From the NCBI GenBank assembly GCA_047495785.1, contig JBLDXI010000001.1, positions 744,001-808,000 on the forward strand: a stretch of DNA of 64,000 nt, given 5' to 3'. The notes beneath the pieces were generated by a model. It worked only from the letters and a program-made list of their open reading frames with translations. It did no database searches and was not told where the DNA came from. Both the position numbers and the translations under genes were made by a program. Numbering within the stretch: position 1 is the stretch's first letter; every line of letters starts with the position of its first letter. This document shows, piece after piece, positions 1-12,244 of the stretch. Source of the stretch: Lepidodermella squamata. Lineage: Eukaryota > Animalia > Gastrotricha.

Positions 1-70
1 CATAATAAGTGAGACTAATCGACTCGACAATCAAGTTGAAGTACCTCCTGCGCAATCGCATCTTGCTTGC

Positions 71-3000
71 TCAATTGCTGTTAAAATCACACCAAAAGAT
101 AAAATCAAACTCAAAATGATTGTGTTTAAAGGCTGATGTGTTGAAAAAATAATTTGTCATTCCAAAAAATAAATGTGGGCTTACCGATGCTATTTCTGTG
201 GAAATTTGAGCGAAAACATAGACCCGATCAACAAGCAAAACAACAAGTAGATGGCTGCCGTCGTGAACGGGGCTCCAGCGAATTTTGACAGCGCTCAATG
301 TGTCTAGCATCGCATTTGCTCCCATCAACTCCTGCATCACGCTCGAAGGTGCTTCGTTGCCTAAATCCAGAGTGTCCTCGACGTTCCATGTATAGCCACC
401 AGTTGATTCGCATTCGTAAACCACGACTTGACACGAGAAGGGCGATGGCACTGCCGCCACAGAGCCGCGTTGAAGCAATCTCTTCCCGTTCATGCTATCG
501 ATAGGGCTGACAGGTGGGCTGTTGAATGTAAACGGGGTCGCTACAACCGGGTTAGTTCGCCCACAAGCGACTGCAATTCGGCAAGAAAACGCGCATGACA
601 CACCGATAATTTTCGCATTAGGACAATTTGAGAAAAATGGCGGCCGCAGTTGCGAAGATTCAGCGCCGTCTATTAAGAATGATTGCGGCCTATCGCCCGG
701 CATTTTCCACTCTTGCCACGTTAAGTCGCATTTCGAAGTTCTGACGCCGGACCAAAATCGAACAGTCCCGTCTGTACAGCCGATGACGAGTTGGTAGGGT
801 GAACAGAGGTTCGACAGGAAGGAAGAGCTCATTTGCGAAATCGCAGCATCTGCTTGGGCCAACCCGACCCCGAGCGGCAGAGGTAGCGCGATCGATGATA
901 AAGGTTCTAGTGCTACCATCATCCTCGTTTCAGTTGCTATAGACAGAGACGACGATGACGGGTGCATTTGTGGTAGGCTCTCAGTGGGCGAGGCAATACC
1001 CTCCATACTCGCCGGTTTCGACATAGGCGAGGATACAGTGATGTGAAACGACTGAAGCGTAACCGAGCCATTCAACGAAACAACAAGTTGGATTGCGATG
1101 AATTCCGAAATTTCACTAGAGCTACCCGCCGCGCTGACGTCTGTGGCAGTATGCAGACCGGCGTTTGCCATCGGAAAGGCAGCGATAGGGAAGACGTGGA
1201 AAAAACGGCAGTCTGAATTCAAATTGTTTTCGTGTTGAAAATGCGATAACCGCAAAACGCAAGCAGGCCTCGAAGCTGATTGCTGACTAACAATGCCCAA
1301 TCGCTCGTCCACCTTACTCAACTGGCCTTTCTTTTTCAGGCGAGAGAAAAACGTGTAGGCATCTATGATAACTTGCATCGCTGTGAAGCCTTTCGACGAC
1401 CGTAGGAGGAAAACCGTAGACGGACTGACTCCACAGGGTGAAAAATGACCGGCAAAACTTGTCGGAATCCATGCGACTTGATGATGGTCTTTCTCAGGTA
1501 GAACAACGCGAGTTACCTCGGCGAAACCGCCTGATTGATGAAGTTGGGTTGTCGGGGTTACCTTCCAGAAAACTAGCTCGCCCGGCGACTGGGTGACCAC
1601 TATCGGAAGAACGGGATGAACGACAATGTTTTCCACAGAAGTTCGATGTCCGCAAATTCGTTGGCCGTGATACACGCTTACCAGGGTTGAGTGCTTAGCT
1701 TTCTCAGATAGTGATAGGCTCCAGCGATTAAGCGTGCCGTTATCGTGTACTGAGACCAGGGTGACGTGGCTGTGAGGGTCTGCGTATAAGAGGAGTGGCG
1801 ATGGCAGTAGGCTAGCGGCGTCGGAAGGCGGCAGGGTGCCCGGAAGACAGCTAGTGAAAGTGACGGTGGGTTGCACAAAGGACGCGCCATCGGCTTTGTC
1901 GAGGTGGTCGATGACCCAGAGCAGAAAGCTGCCGTCGGCGGGGCTGAACGATATCACCATATCGGGGCTGTGAATCCATTCGCGCCGCATTAACGCAAAC
2001 TGCAAGGGGCTCAATTTTCCTCGATACTGAAAATAAAAACGATATGAAATCTGCCTTAAAATTAACGTTGATAATTCACCTCGTTGCGGACTCCACGAAA
2101 AGCCAAGGAAGCACTGCTTTGATCAGGCCGAAGAATAGGCGAAGTAGGTACAGCAGGATTGGACGATGAAAGGGACGTGTTTACGGCGTCGAAGTAATCC
2201 CTGTCTTCATACTCGTCATCATCGTCATCGCCTACCTTAAAACCGTTCGGGTTATCGTTGTCCTTAGCGAAGTGAGGCTTTGGCTGTGAATTGCGCGGTC
2301 GCGGCCTGCCGGCATTGGCGTATTGCTCTAAGCTTTGAAGGGCGGCCATGTGCTTGTTGTTAAGCCAAAACACGCAAAAATTCGACGTAGGATGCGAATT
2401 CAGGTAATCAGCCAGAATAGGCGACGGCAGGTCAGCGAATGGAGATATTGAGGCAACGAGGTGGAACTGACGGAATGACTCAAGCACGCATGAATTTTCG
2501 ACAAAATTAACTTTCACCACGGATGATATCTTTCGACTCGAGCTCAACGCAGCTATACCGGGCGAGTTGCCGACTTGCCCTGAGGTGGGCTGCTGGCCAT
2601 GTTGTTGCGACGTATGGGTTGGGTTAGCGGCCATCTCAAGCCAGACCCGGCAAACTCGGTCGGTACAAACAGACAGAACTGCGTTCGCAATACTATCCGC
2701 AAATATTTCAGAGCCATTCTGACGCCACGAAAATGAAACCACTGAATACGGATGAGGTAAATACGTGAACGCGTATGGAGCTGAATTCGAGAGAATTTCC
2801 GAATCTGGGAATAAAACAAAACAAAGCCATCCATCAGTTTGTTGGCTTTCGGAATACCAAGAGGTAAAAGACGATAAAGCTCCCGATTAAAATTTGAAAG
2901 CGCGGTGGGAAAAATATATTGGTAATTTAGTGAAGCAACAGACCAGAATCGGTATTAATGGCCACTCTTTTTCGAGGCTCATAATGCCATGTATTGGCAG

Positions 3001-4064
3001 ACCGTTTGTTTTTCTTCTTAATATTATTCGCATCTAGGAATAGTCAATTTCTATCCGTTAATTGCTTGTCCAAATCTTGGCTAGGATTACTGAAAAGGTA
3101 TCGCTGACCGCAGGACTTGGTAATTTTACAAATGAGTAAAGCGGGGTTAATAGGAAATCTTTCTTATAACTGCGAGGTACTGCAAACTAACCACGTCTCG
3201 CAAAAAATCTGTACTTTCCGACTAGATTCCCTAATTTCAACCCTCAACAATGAAAAGCAGGAGAATAAATGAGTCACCAAGTATTACCTTTCGTGTTTTT
3301 ATACCAGACTTTCAGAATAGGATCGTTCTGTGGAGAAAAAACAATTAGGTGGTGGATTACAAACCTTAGAGTTGTTTAAAACTTACATCGCATGTAGAAG
3401 CGAAAAAAGCACCGTCGGGTGAAAATTGCACTTTGTTTATTGGTTTTTCAAGCCTGATATTAGAAATTCAGAATTAAAACAAAAATCAAGTAAATAGCTT
3501 CAACTTACTGTAACGACGCCAAATTTTTCCAATCTTCAACAGCGTCTTGAGGTTCGACGTCTTCATGCTGGGGATACTCATCACCGCCAATCAGAAAAGC
3601 CTTAGCCTTAACGACTTCCCACAGCTGAAGATAAAGACCACTTGCGGCAAGCAATCGGGTAGCATCAGAATCGCAAGACAGCGCGCGAACTTTGTCACAG
3701 GCCACAATGGTACTGGTCTGTTTCCAGGATATCTAATCAAACACAAGTCAATATCGTAACAACGTCAGATCAAGAATTGAAATACTCTGTCTTGGAGGCA
3801 CTCCTTTATCGAGCAAACTTCGTAAACTTGGATGGTATTTTCGGCAGCGAGAAATACTTTCCCGTTATTAGAACAACACACGGCGCTGACCGTTCGCTTC
3901 TGCGGGTCTTGGATGATTTGAAGGCGCTCAAAATGCGAGCCGAGAATAAACAGGTGAGAACCGGATCCATATGCTAGAATGTCGGCGCCATGGGCGAGAC
4001 CGGAATCAACGCTTTGCCCATTGGTATTGCACGCCCCGGTTAGTATTTGAAAAGGAATCGGCAT
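71..4064 (-). CDS. DMXL: DmX-like / Rabconnectin-3 alpha WD40 protein, 5' portion (multi-exon; continues off the left edge of the window)
   Basis: The N-terminus MPIPFQILTGACN...ILAYGSG resembles the DMXL1/2 start (HQVLTGAVN). Other DMXL-like segments are FSWR, VCTDRVCRVW, RICGHR...HPVLP, VSQQSASRPAC and VYECESTGGYTWNVEDTL. ORF pieces at 3765-4064, 3505-3705, 2062-2742 and 71-2014 are separated by GT-AG introns. Confidence 0.9.
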
Positions 4065-4716
4065 GAGGATGCGGGTTCGTCAATACTACATGTCAGGGTG
4101 GATGGAAACTTTTTTACATTCAAAAAAATAAATCCTAAATTTTAAAATGGCAAAAATAGAAAATTTGGCTTTACATCTCAGCGAAAATAAATACTCATCA
4201 GCACAGTAATGTAACGAATTAGCAGTATAAAGTTCAGCACGATCCCAGTTAACCAAATTTGCGACTCATTTGCAGATAGAGTGTGGGTGAAGTGTTGATT
4301 AGGTGAAAAGCGAATCAGGACAAAATCGCACCTCCTAATCGATATTTGTTCGGCTGAAAGATAGTATATGGTCATAAACAAACAAGGAGTGGCGCTCTTA
4401 GCATTTGAATAATCCAGCACAATATAAACATAATAGTATCGGCACGCGCGCTTTAAACTGGAGCCATTGGCAGTGGTAGCTAATTCACAATATTGAGGAG
4501 CAAAGCGTGTCACAACGACATACTTATAGAAGAGCCCAACAGCCCAGTGTCACTTTCACAGCATTATAAATTAATGTGATTTCCTATCACCATGGTAAAA
4601 AAACTGAAGACAAGAGAAAGCGATAAAAGCGAAGAATAGCGATGGAAAATTGTATGGATGCATTGCGAATTAAATTAAAATGAAAGCTTCAATCATTTGG
4701 TAAAATTGCTGATCAT

Positions 4717-6860
4717 TCAAGAATTTAAAAAATCCTCCGGATAAGATTCAAAATCATATTCATGCTTGAGTATAAAATCGCCCCAAAACCGAAGACATGC
4801 TTGCTGATACCGCGGAATTATCACCGAATCGACATGCTTTACAGCGAAATATTCCTGAGGAGAAGCCATGTTTTGATTCACGGCTGCGTGCGTCAGGAAC
4901 AGCGGTTTGTATATCACCAATTTATTGGAGGAGCGTTGGCGAAACAAATTCTTCGGGGCAAGGCTAAAAGAAATAATAAATATACCACCGACATTTAAAA
5001 TGTCATGATTTTACCGGCTCATAAATGAAGAAAAGGAATCATTGTTGACAGCTACAGTGTTTCTAGAACCGCGCACACTGTCATCTCCATCCGCCAAATT
5101 TCCTTCACTGTGGGATCGGTTGAAAACAGGATGATTTTCGTCCAAATTAAACGGGTAGTAAGAGATTGGACGATCCATGGGAACAGCATTATTCGGACGC
5201 GCAATCCGAGGCTGGCGCAATTTAGAAGGCACAAAAGACTGATTGATAAATTTTGTCAGTATTGCACGGCTGACGTTTTTTTCGACAGGGAAAAACCACC
5301 GGTGATGACCCCGATCTCTACGGCACGCATCAATGCGATCTTTCGGAGACGAAAATGAGAATTCGTAGAAATATTCGGTTAAGAAAGCATTTGCTATTGC
5401 ACTCAAATAATCGCTTGTAATGGAAAAGTCCATCGGATTCTGGCATATTAGTTGGTGAAAGCAGTCCAAGAACAGGATAAACAGATAATTTGGCTGTTTT
5501 TTCGTAGTTCGGAACTCGAAGCCCAGGGAAACTAAATGCTTCTGAATCAGGCGATTTACTCTACCAATAGACGATCGGCTTTTCATTGAAAGGCACAGTT
5601 CCGCTAAAGCAGATACAACAAGACAAAGCGACCGGGATCCTAAAAGTTAGAATTTTTTGATTGGATTCATTTATGGGTTTCATTGAAAATCTACCTGATA
5701 AAATTGCAACACCGAAATCTCTCGATTTCATAGATTTGACGACTTCCGAAGTTACTTGGAGAACTTTTGAGACAAGAGAAAGCCAGCGAGCCGGAAATTC
5801 ACCCTCATTGCTCCAAAATATTGCTGTGCTTGCCAGCCAGTCTTTATAGTGGTCGGCAACAATTTCTCGCGCCAAGTCTTCAAAAATTTGCTGAGCAACT
5901 TTTTGGTCACCGAGTAAGAAATCGATGTCGAAAATTTCGGCATCTCGATAGAGGGCAGATTTTGACGTCAGCAAAAGCATAGAGCCGTTTGTATGAGAAT
6001 AAACCCAAATGGTTGACGGAAACAATTTCGGCGCGATGTAATATTGCGATAGATAGTTCGCCAATGTCCGATTCATGTACGATTCAAGGACGAATCCACT
6101 GAAACTGCCGTATGCTCGACTGTAATTGGCGTCCTCTTTGCACGCAAGAATCTCAGCACTCCATTCGCCGTCATTGTTAAAAGGACATATAGTCGAAACG
6201 TCGATGTATTTAGGGTCCAAATAATGAATTCCACCGATTGATGTTTGCTGCTTCTCTAATATACTTGTTTTGTTCTCATAAAGCGTTTGTAATATCTGCG
6301 TTAATCATAAATTTGAATTGAGCAAGAGTTTTGAACTACTAATGACTGACCTTTCTAATCGCGGGTTGAATGCTTCCTTTTCGCTCTGCCAAGAAGAAAA
6401 GGTAAATTCGCAGACCTCGCGTGACAATAATGAATGATTGTATGTCCTCCATCATCAATGAGAGTGTATCTTCGCCAACGAGTTCAAAATATTTCTTCCA
6501 GTCTGCTAGTCTGTCCAAGTCATCTCTAAAATCTGAACAGAAAATGATTTCGACAACAGCTGATAAAAGTATCTTACTTGACGAAGAAACATAAATTTCA
6601 GATACAACACCATAAGGAATGTCATCGTGTTGCGCGAAATTGAATGAAAAACTGGTGAATTCATTAGGAAATCCTTCCAACAGCAAGCCGTTGGCATTAC
6701 AGGATAGTCTGACATCTTTTAGATCGTCAGTGAAGGCTCGCTTGAATCGTCTCTTCGAAAAGACATTTGATAGATTGATTGCAGCATCTTTTATAGTTTT
6801 CCGTCTGAATTGCACTCTGCCACAGTGGAGTTTAACTAAAACTGATAAAAATTCTACCAT
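4717..6860 (-). CDS. Myotubularin-related pseudophosphatase, MTMR10/11/12-like (4-5 exons)
   Basis: RLIQKHLVSLGFEF...LFILFLDCFHQLICQNPMDFSITSDYL...YFYEFSFSSPKDR matches the myotubularin C-terminal block (LIQKEW..GH.F...FLLFLDCV.QL..Q.P..F.F). The first exon is PH-GRAM-like (IFCSDFR). The spliced P-loop region reads GVAILSGSRSL, with no CX5R motif. Confidence 0.75.
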
Positions 6861-7363
6861 CTAAAAAAAAACAAAAATGCCATAATGTTCAAAAACCGAA
6901 GTGTGACTTTTAATCATTGTATGAATTTTAAATTGACAGCAGATGGTAAATGAAAATGCATCAAAGAAGGCGCAAAAGTGTGTGCGAGAATTGACGAGAC
7001 AGAACAGGGGCGCCGCTGGTTCATGTAAAATATACCGGTCGGAACCAGCGCGCAAGGGTTTTTGGCAAAAAAAACAAAGCAAAGCCACAGACTCGACCAC
7101 ACGATGCGGTATAATCATCAACAAACAAAAACGGGAACGGGATGCATTCATTTGATTAGGTATATTCTTAATAATCCAAATATCCCAGAATCACGCTAGA
7201 TGATGAAGCATGGAACGCTTAAGACTGCGGAAAATGTCACAAGTCTGTAAGAAATTTTGAGCGCAAGTAATTCTGAAAGAGTAATCTATTTACAGACAAG
7301 AAACTTCATCTTGTTTTCGTTCGATTTAAAATGGCACATCACACGCATTGATGTCGTGGTCAA

Positions 7364-8830
7364 TTATTGCTTCGGGTAAAGCTTCCCGGAATTTTGATGA
7401 TTATTGTAGTGAGGAGTTGATAAAGATCGTCGCCGACGAGGCCTTAGATTTTGCAAGTATTCATCTCTCGTGTAACCATTCGCGAGCGTCGTCGTCGTCG
7501 TTGATTCCTCGACAGCTTTCGGAGGATTTCGACTAAACCGCAAGCCTTTAAATCCGAAATGCCAGATCGTCCATATCACCAGCGATGAAATTAGACCCAG
7601 CCAAAACAACTGCATGTGTGGTGGCAATGGCTTCGAAACAGTTTCAGGGTCGAATTTGATGATGAGCAGAGTCTCGGTGATAATAATAGTAGCCATAACC
7701 CACGCCTGGCGTCCGAAGTGATGACACTGAGGGTCATCCAGGTATTGATAAACCTCACGCATCGAAACAGCTCCGATCGCAGCGAACAACATGATACGCA
7801 GGAAGCACATGTTATGATCTGGCGGGACCCATAAAATGAATTTCAGATAAAAATTGCTCAATTCAGCCAGCAAAAATATCGACGCAACGAGAATCACAGC
7901 AAACCACCGTTTTAACGAAGCTTTAGGTCGCCAGTTGAAATCTAACCACACGTATGGACCAAATTGCCCGACAACGCGGCGGAGCTTGTCACGATAACGA
8001 GGAATCTTCCAAACACCTCTCCAATGATAAGGCTTCATGCTCAAATACTTCAAGGTTATCAATCCGAGAACAATTCCGAGTCCATTGCAAACGATAATAT
8101 CCATAATCCAATGATCCCACCAACACTCTGAGAAATTCGGCAATTGATGTTCCAAAGAATATTCCAGAACTTCGAACATAATCGATAAGATGTTGCAAAG
8201 CCATAAATCTCGCAAGATCAAAGTTTTGACCCACCAGCCGAAAAAATGAACGGGGACAAAAACATCGAACTTGTCATACACATTGTGAAAAGGATTGTCT
8301 GGGCGGCTAGCATCATATATCGTACAACTGCCACCGTAATCTTTTTCAGGCAAAGGAACGCCAAGTTTAGGATCCACGAATGTCATGAGTGTTCGGGCGT
8401 CGTCAACAGTTTGAAACATCATGAATATCAAGCAGAGTTCGTAGGCAATTGACAAGCACAAAATGAATCGCCAGAATGCTGGATGGGGCCTGCGGAACGG
8501 GCCATCGGGCGTCACTGTTACGCCGACCAGCATGAAGGTAAACAATGCAGCTAATAGACCGATTTTTATATTTTCACTACGGTCTGGGGAAGGTGTATAT
8601 GTGCAAGCAACGAAAGCCATCACCGCGCAGAACAGCAAAAGCACTGTGAAATGGTGCTTGCGCCAAAAATATTGAAATGTCACCGAGCCATCATCATAGA
8701 AGTCTTTCGTTCGCCTCAAAACTTCCTCCCAATCGTCGTGAGATGAAGAAGTAGCTGGTAAACTTCTTGTATCGGCTTGCTCATCGTCGGTTGAGAATTC
8801 TTCGTTTTTTACTTCCTTCAATCGCTTCAT
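7364..8830 (-). CDS. PTDSS2: Phosphatidylserine synthase 2 (base-exchange PSS), single exon, 488 aa
   Basis: Motifs DGPFRRPHPAFWR, LGVPLPEKDYGGSC, FEVLEYSLEHQLPNFSECWWDHWIMDI and FYLKFILWVPPDH, plus multiple hydrophobic segments. Confidence 0.93.
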   Translation of the reverse strand: MKRLKEVKNEEFSTDDEQADTRSLPATSSSHDDWEEVLRRTKDFYDDGSVTFQYFWRKHHFTVLLLFCAVMAFVACTYTPSPDRSENIKIGLLAALFTFMLVGVTVTPDGPFRRPHPAFWRFILCLSIAYELCLIFMMFQTVDDARTLMTFVDPKLGVPLPEKDYGGSCTIYDASRPDNPFHNVYDKFDVFVPVHFFGWWVKTLILRDLWLCNILSIMFEVLEYSLEHQLPNFSECWWDHWIMDIIVCNGLGIVLGLITLKYLSMKPYHWRGVWKIPRYRDKLRRVVGQFGPYVWLDFNWRPKASLKRWFAVILVASIFLLAELSNFYLKFILWVPPDHNMCFLRIMLFAAIGAVSMREVYQYLDDPQCHHFGRQAWVMATIIITETLLIIKFDPETVSKPLPPHMQLFWLGLISSLVIWTIWHFGFKGLRFSRNPPKAVEESTTTTTLANGYTRDEYLQNLRPRRRRSLSTPHYNNHQNSGKLYPKQ

Positions 8831-11500
8831 ATTAAAATTCTAATGAACAAGGGCAAGTTCTCAACTACAGAAGAGAAAGTAAAGCGTTGAAAAGCAGATA
8901 CTCATACGGCATCATTCAACATACAACATACAACACCATAAACCCAAAACCCTTCACCCATCACCTTACCTCATTTCGCGCGATCAGGGATCAGGTTAGG
9001 TCAGGTTGAATAAGCAGAGAACAGGTCATACGTGATATAGTAAGAGTATGAGATTCGCGCTTTGAAGGCTAGCAACTAGCAGCTAATAGGCTACGAAATA
9101 TCTCTGATACTCAGGCGAAAATCAGTCTCACGTAGCGCACCCCCGAGGAAGGCAATGAATGTGAAGTTGGTGGTGGTTGTCCGCGTCTGGTCGCGATTTG
9201 TCGCGGTCAACTTTCATGATTCAAGGTCATTTAATAATAAAATATGAAATCCCAAGTATTTGCAGTTTTTTCGATAAGGAAAAAGCAATATGGAATAATT
9301 GTAAGAGATTTATAAATATAAAGTGTCTAAAACATTTGAAAATTCATTTTTCGATTATTTTGCAGTATGGTAGCAAATGATAAACTATCAACTATCGAAT
9401 CTTCACACAACAATCGGGGTCGGAGTTTTGTGGAAAAATAATTATATAATTAAAAAATAAAAATTTCTGAAAGCTCAGAATTTATTCCGGTTTATAATAA
9501 AAGAGAAAACCCGTTTTGAAGTCTTGCGGTTTGGGAGATCGCTGCGGTTGACGACTTGTGAGCTTTGCCTAAGGTGTGTTCTTTCTAACCTGTAACCTGT
9601 CCTCTTGGTTTGTGTTGGGCCTCGCCGAGTTTTATTTGCTTGCTATTTACTAGAAAGCATGTCGATTGGCACAAGCTGTTGCAGTATCTCTTTTAGCTTA
9701 TTAAAACATGACACTCAGAACTCAGAATGCTTACTTGTCCATTCACCGGTCTCAAAACGTTTCAACAATAAGTCAAGCAGACTTGTGTATTCTATTGATG
9801 TTTCTTATTTACATGATTTATTTTGGAGTCAGAGTCTGTTAGCCCTTTCTAGGCAATGACTTCCATTTGGCAGTTTGTTTTTATGCTTTACGTTTACTTC
9901 AAGCGCCAGCTGATAATGCAAAATGGCATTTGTTTTCTTGTGTCGAGGGATTTATCACTCATTTATGAAGTTAATGTTGTCCCTAGAAGTTATTCACTTG
10001 GTAAAATAGAATACTGTGTGTTCTCGGTACACCTGTCTTCCCGTTGCAATGCTGAGAGCAATTTTCGCGATTTTGCAGATTGCTTAAAATCACAAGAAGT
10101 TATGGTTGAGCAAGTCACGAAATCTGGCAGCCAGAAACCTAATAAATGCCTCCGAGACTACATTATTTCGATTTCATTTGCCAATGTGCAAGCAGCCCTC
10201 ATTCCTGATGGCTAGACATTACTGCCATCAACTCAATCTACTCTACGATTTGAGGAAATTACGGTCGAGCCTAAGAAATCTCTGTTGAATCGAATCTTGG
10301 TGCGATTACACGAATTCGAAAGAAATGCAAGCTGATTGTAAAGTTCAAAGCGCAGTTATGGATTACTGGCATAGCTGACCAGTTCATCTAATGAAATTCA
10401 GCTCAATAGTCGGACGATCTAGGGAGCGAACGTTAATGTGTTTCTCAAAATACATATTCCAGCCATCGCTTATTCCGTTCATTCGTGCTCTGTGTTCAAC
10501 GCCTAGATCTATTTGCATCTGTTGCTGTCATGAATTAGGCAGGCTTGAATGAATGAAGACATCTATTCTTCCTTCCTGCTATGGCTGTAACTCATGATCA
10601 TTGGAGTCTTCTGAAATTCATCACTGTCAGTGATCAGTGATCAATGTTTCGCGCCTCCTTTGGTGGTCGCATCGTCAATCATTTGTAAAGAAAATGCTGT
10701 TGACAAACTGGAAGCCCAAGATCGTGTCCAGATCCAGGAATTTCTCGCGATTTTAGGCAACAATTCTCGATTTTTTCTTTTGGCCGGCATCTGTGAAGTT
10801 AACAAGATCTGCAAATCACTGGACGTTGATCGCTGATAAGAAAATGAAGTTTGCTTTCAAAGGATCGTCCTGCAAGAAAGCTGACTATTATGAACTAATC
10901 TCGGTGCATCCGATTTTTTATTCAATTTTACTGATTATTATTGATGCTTATTGATTACGGTTATGATTACGAATGCCATGTAACTGAGCAATCATCACAT
11001 TGTGACGCTTTGAGTTGTTGGTACGCATAACAGTTGAGCATTAAGCAATAAAAGAACATTCTTTTTGAACTGAAGCCGAGTAGTGTTGTTTTATTACTGA
11101 CGAAAACCATTTGTGAAAGCAGCAGAAAGCCAGCCGCAGAGCCGAGACTTTGCATAATTGTTTCATGATCTCTTGCTGCAAATGACCGAGAAAGAGTTGC
11201 TATATGAACTTTAAGCCTTTCCCTAGTTTCGGTAAATCATAGTGAGCGTTCAAGTAAACAATCCGGGACCCATCCGCCCCGCCGCCGCCAGCTTAAAAAA
11301 ATAAATAAACAACCACGCGTTCCCTTGACAACACTGCGACAACACTAGCCAGAAATTTCATTTTCGAAAACGGCAACGCTAGCAGGGGTTTATTTATTGG
11401 ATTTATATTTATTATTGAATGTTAATAATGATTTTCAATATTAAAAATTCGACCTTGAAATCCTGAATTGTGTCGATCCAGAGCTACCATACTGTGTTCT

Positions 11501-11520
11501 CATGCTTGTGCTGTTTTTTC
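11501..11520 (+). repeat. Left target-site duplication of the LINE
   Basis: Identical to 15812-15831. Confidence 0.92.
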
Positions 11521-12244
11521 TGAGGAGCTGAGGAGAGAAGACCAAATAACGCTCAGCCAGGGCGTTGACATGCTCGACGGTTCTGAACCGGGCCGGCGTT
11601 CCTACTCCGACGTGACTCGACTTGCTAGCGAGTTGGAATGTATGAAGCGAGATATTAACGCGACGATGGTCGAAAACATGAAGGCGAAGGCTAATTTCGA
11701 AAAAGACAGCCACAAGGGTTCGTATGTTCTGACAGGCATCCCTGAAGCAAAAGGCGAGACAGGCGACCAACTGCTGAACTGCATCTTGAACGCTGTGAAA
11801 TCGCTACACCAGCCAGATGTTGGATCCGCCATCAGACAGGGAAGACCGTCCCCAGCTGCCCGGCCGATTCTATTCCAGCTGACGGAAGAGGGCCACGACA
11901 AGATGAAACGGAAGCTTAAAGACGTACAAGCCCAGCTCCCAGCTGGGGCTCGCATCAGACCCTGGCTCTCCTTTGATCTACATCGACGAGAACAAGAGCT
12001 CAAAATCCGAGGACGAACGATGAAATCCGCCGGGCTGGTAGACTACTTCCAGATTCGAGGTGGCTTGCTGAGAGGCATCAAGAACGTCGAGACTGTTAGT
12101 CGGATCGAGGCTCATTACGAGGGAGCATTCTTGAAAGTCAACGAGGTGACAGCGTCTGACTGGGAAAAGTTCGACAAAAGGTTCCCCGAAGTATCACCCC
12201 TTCGTGTTCGTGCTCCGACTCAAGCGGCAGGCGGGCAGCATTAG
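11521..12244 (+). CDS. LINE ORF1 (C-terminal part; 5' end probably lost at insertion)
   Basis: An open frame runs from the element boundary. It has a coiled-coil-like stretch followed by VLTGIPE...R.GR....RPILFQL, typical of LINE ORF1 RRM-like regions. Confidence 0.75.

Noticed and set aside
9600-11200. Short ORFs with a coding-like feel between PTDSS2 and the LINE
   Set aside because: They are interrupted by stops, with no recognisable domain or consistent splice model. Possibly a decayed gene or TE.
11468-11520. ORF-track start of LINE ORF1 at 11468
   Set aside because: It is a TTG lying outside the TSD-defined element, in host flank that happens to be in frame.
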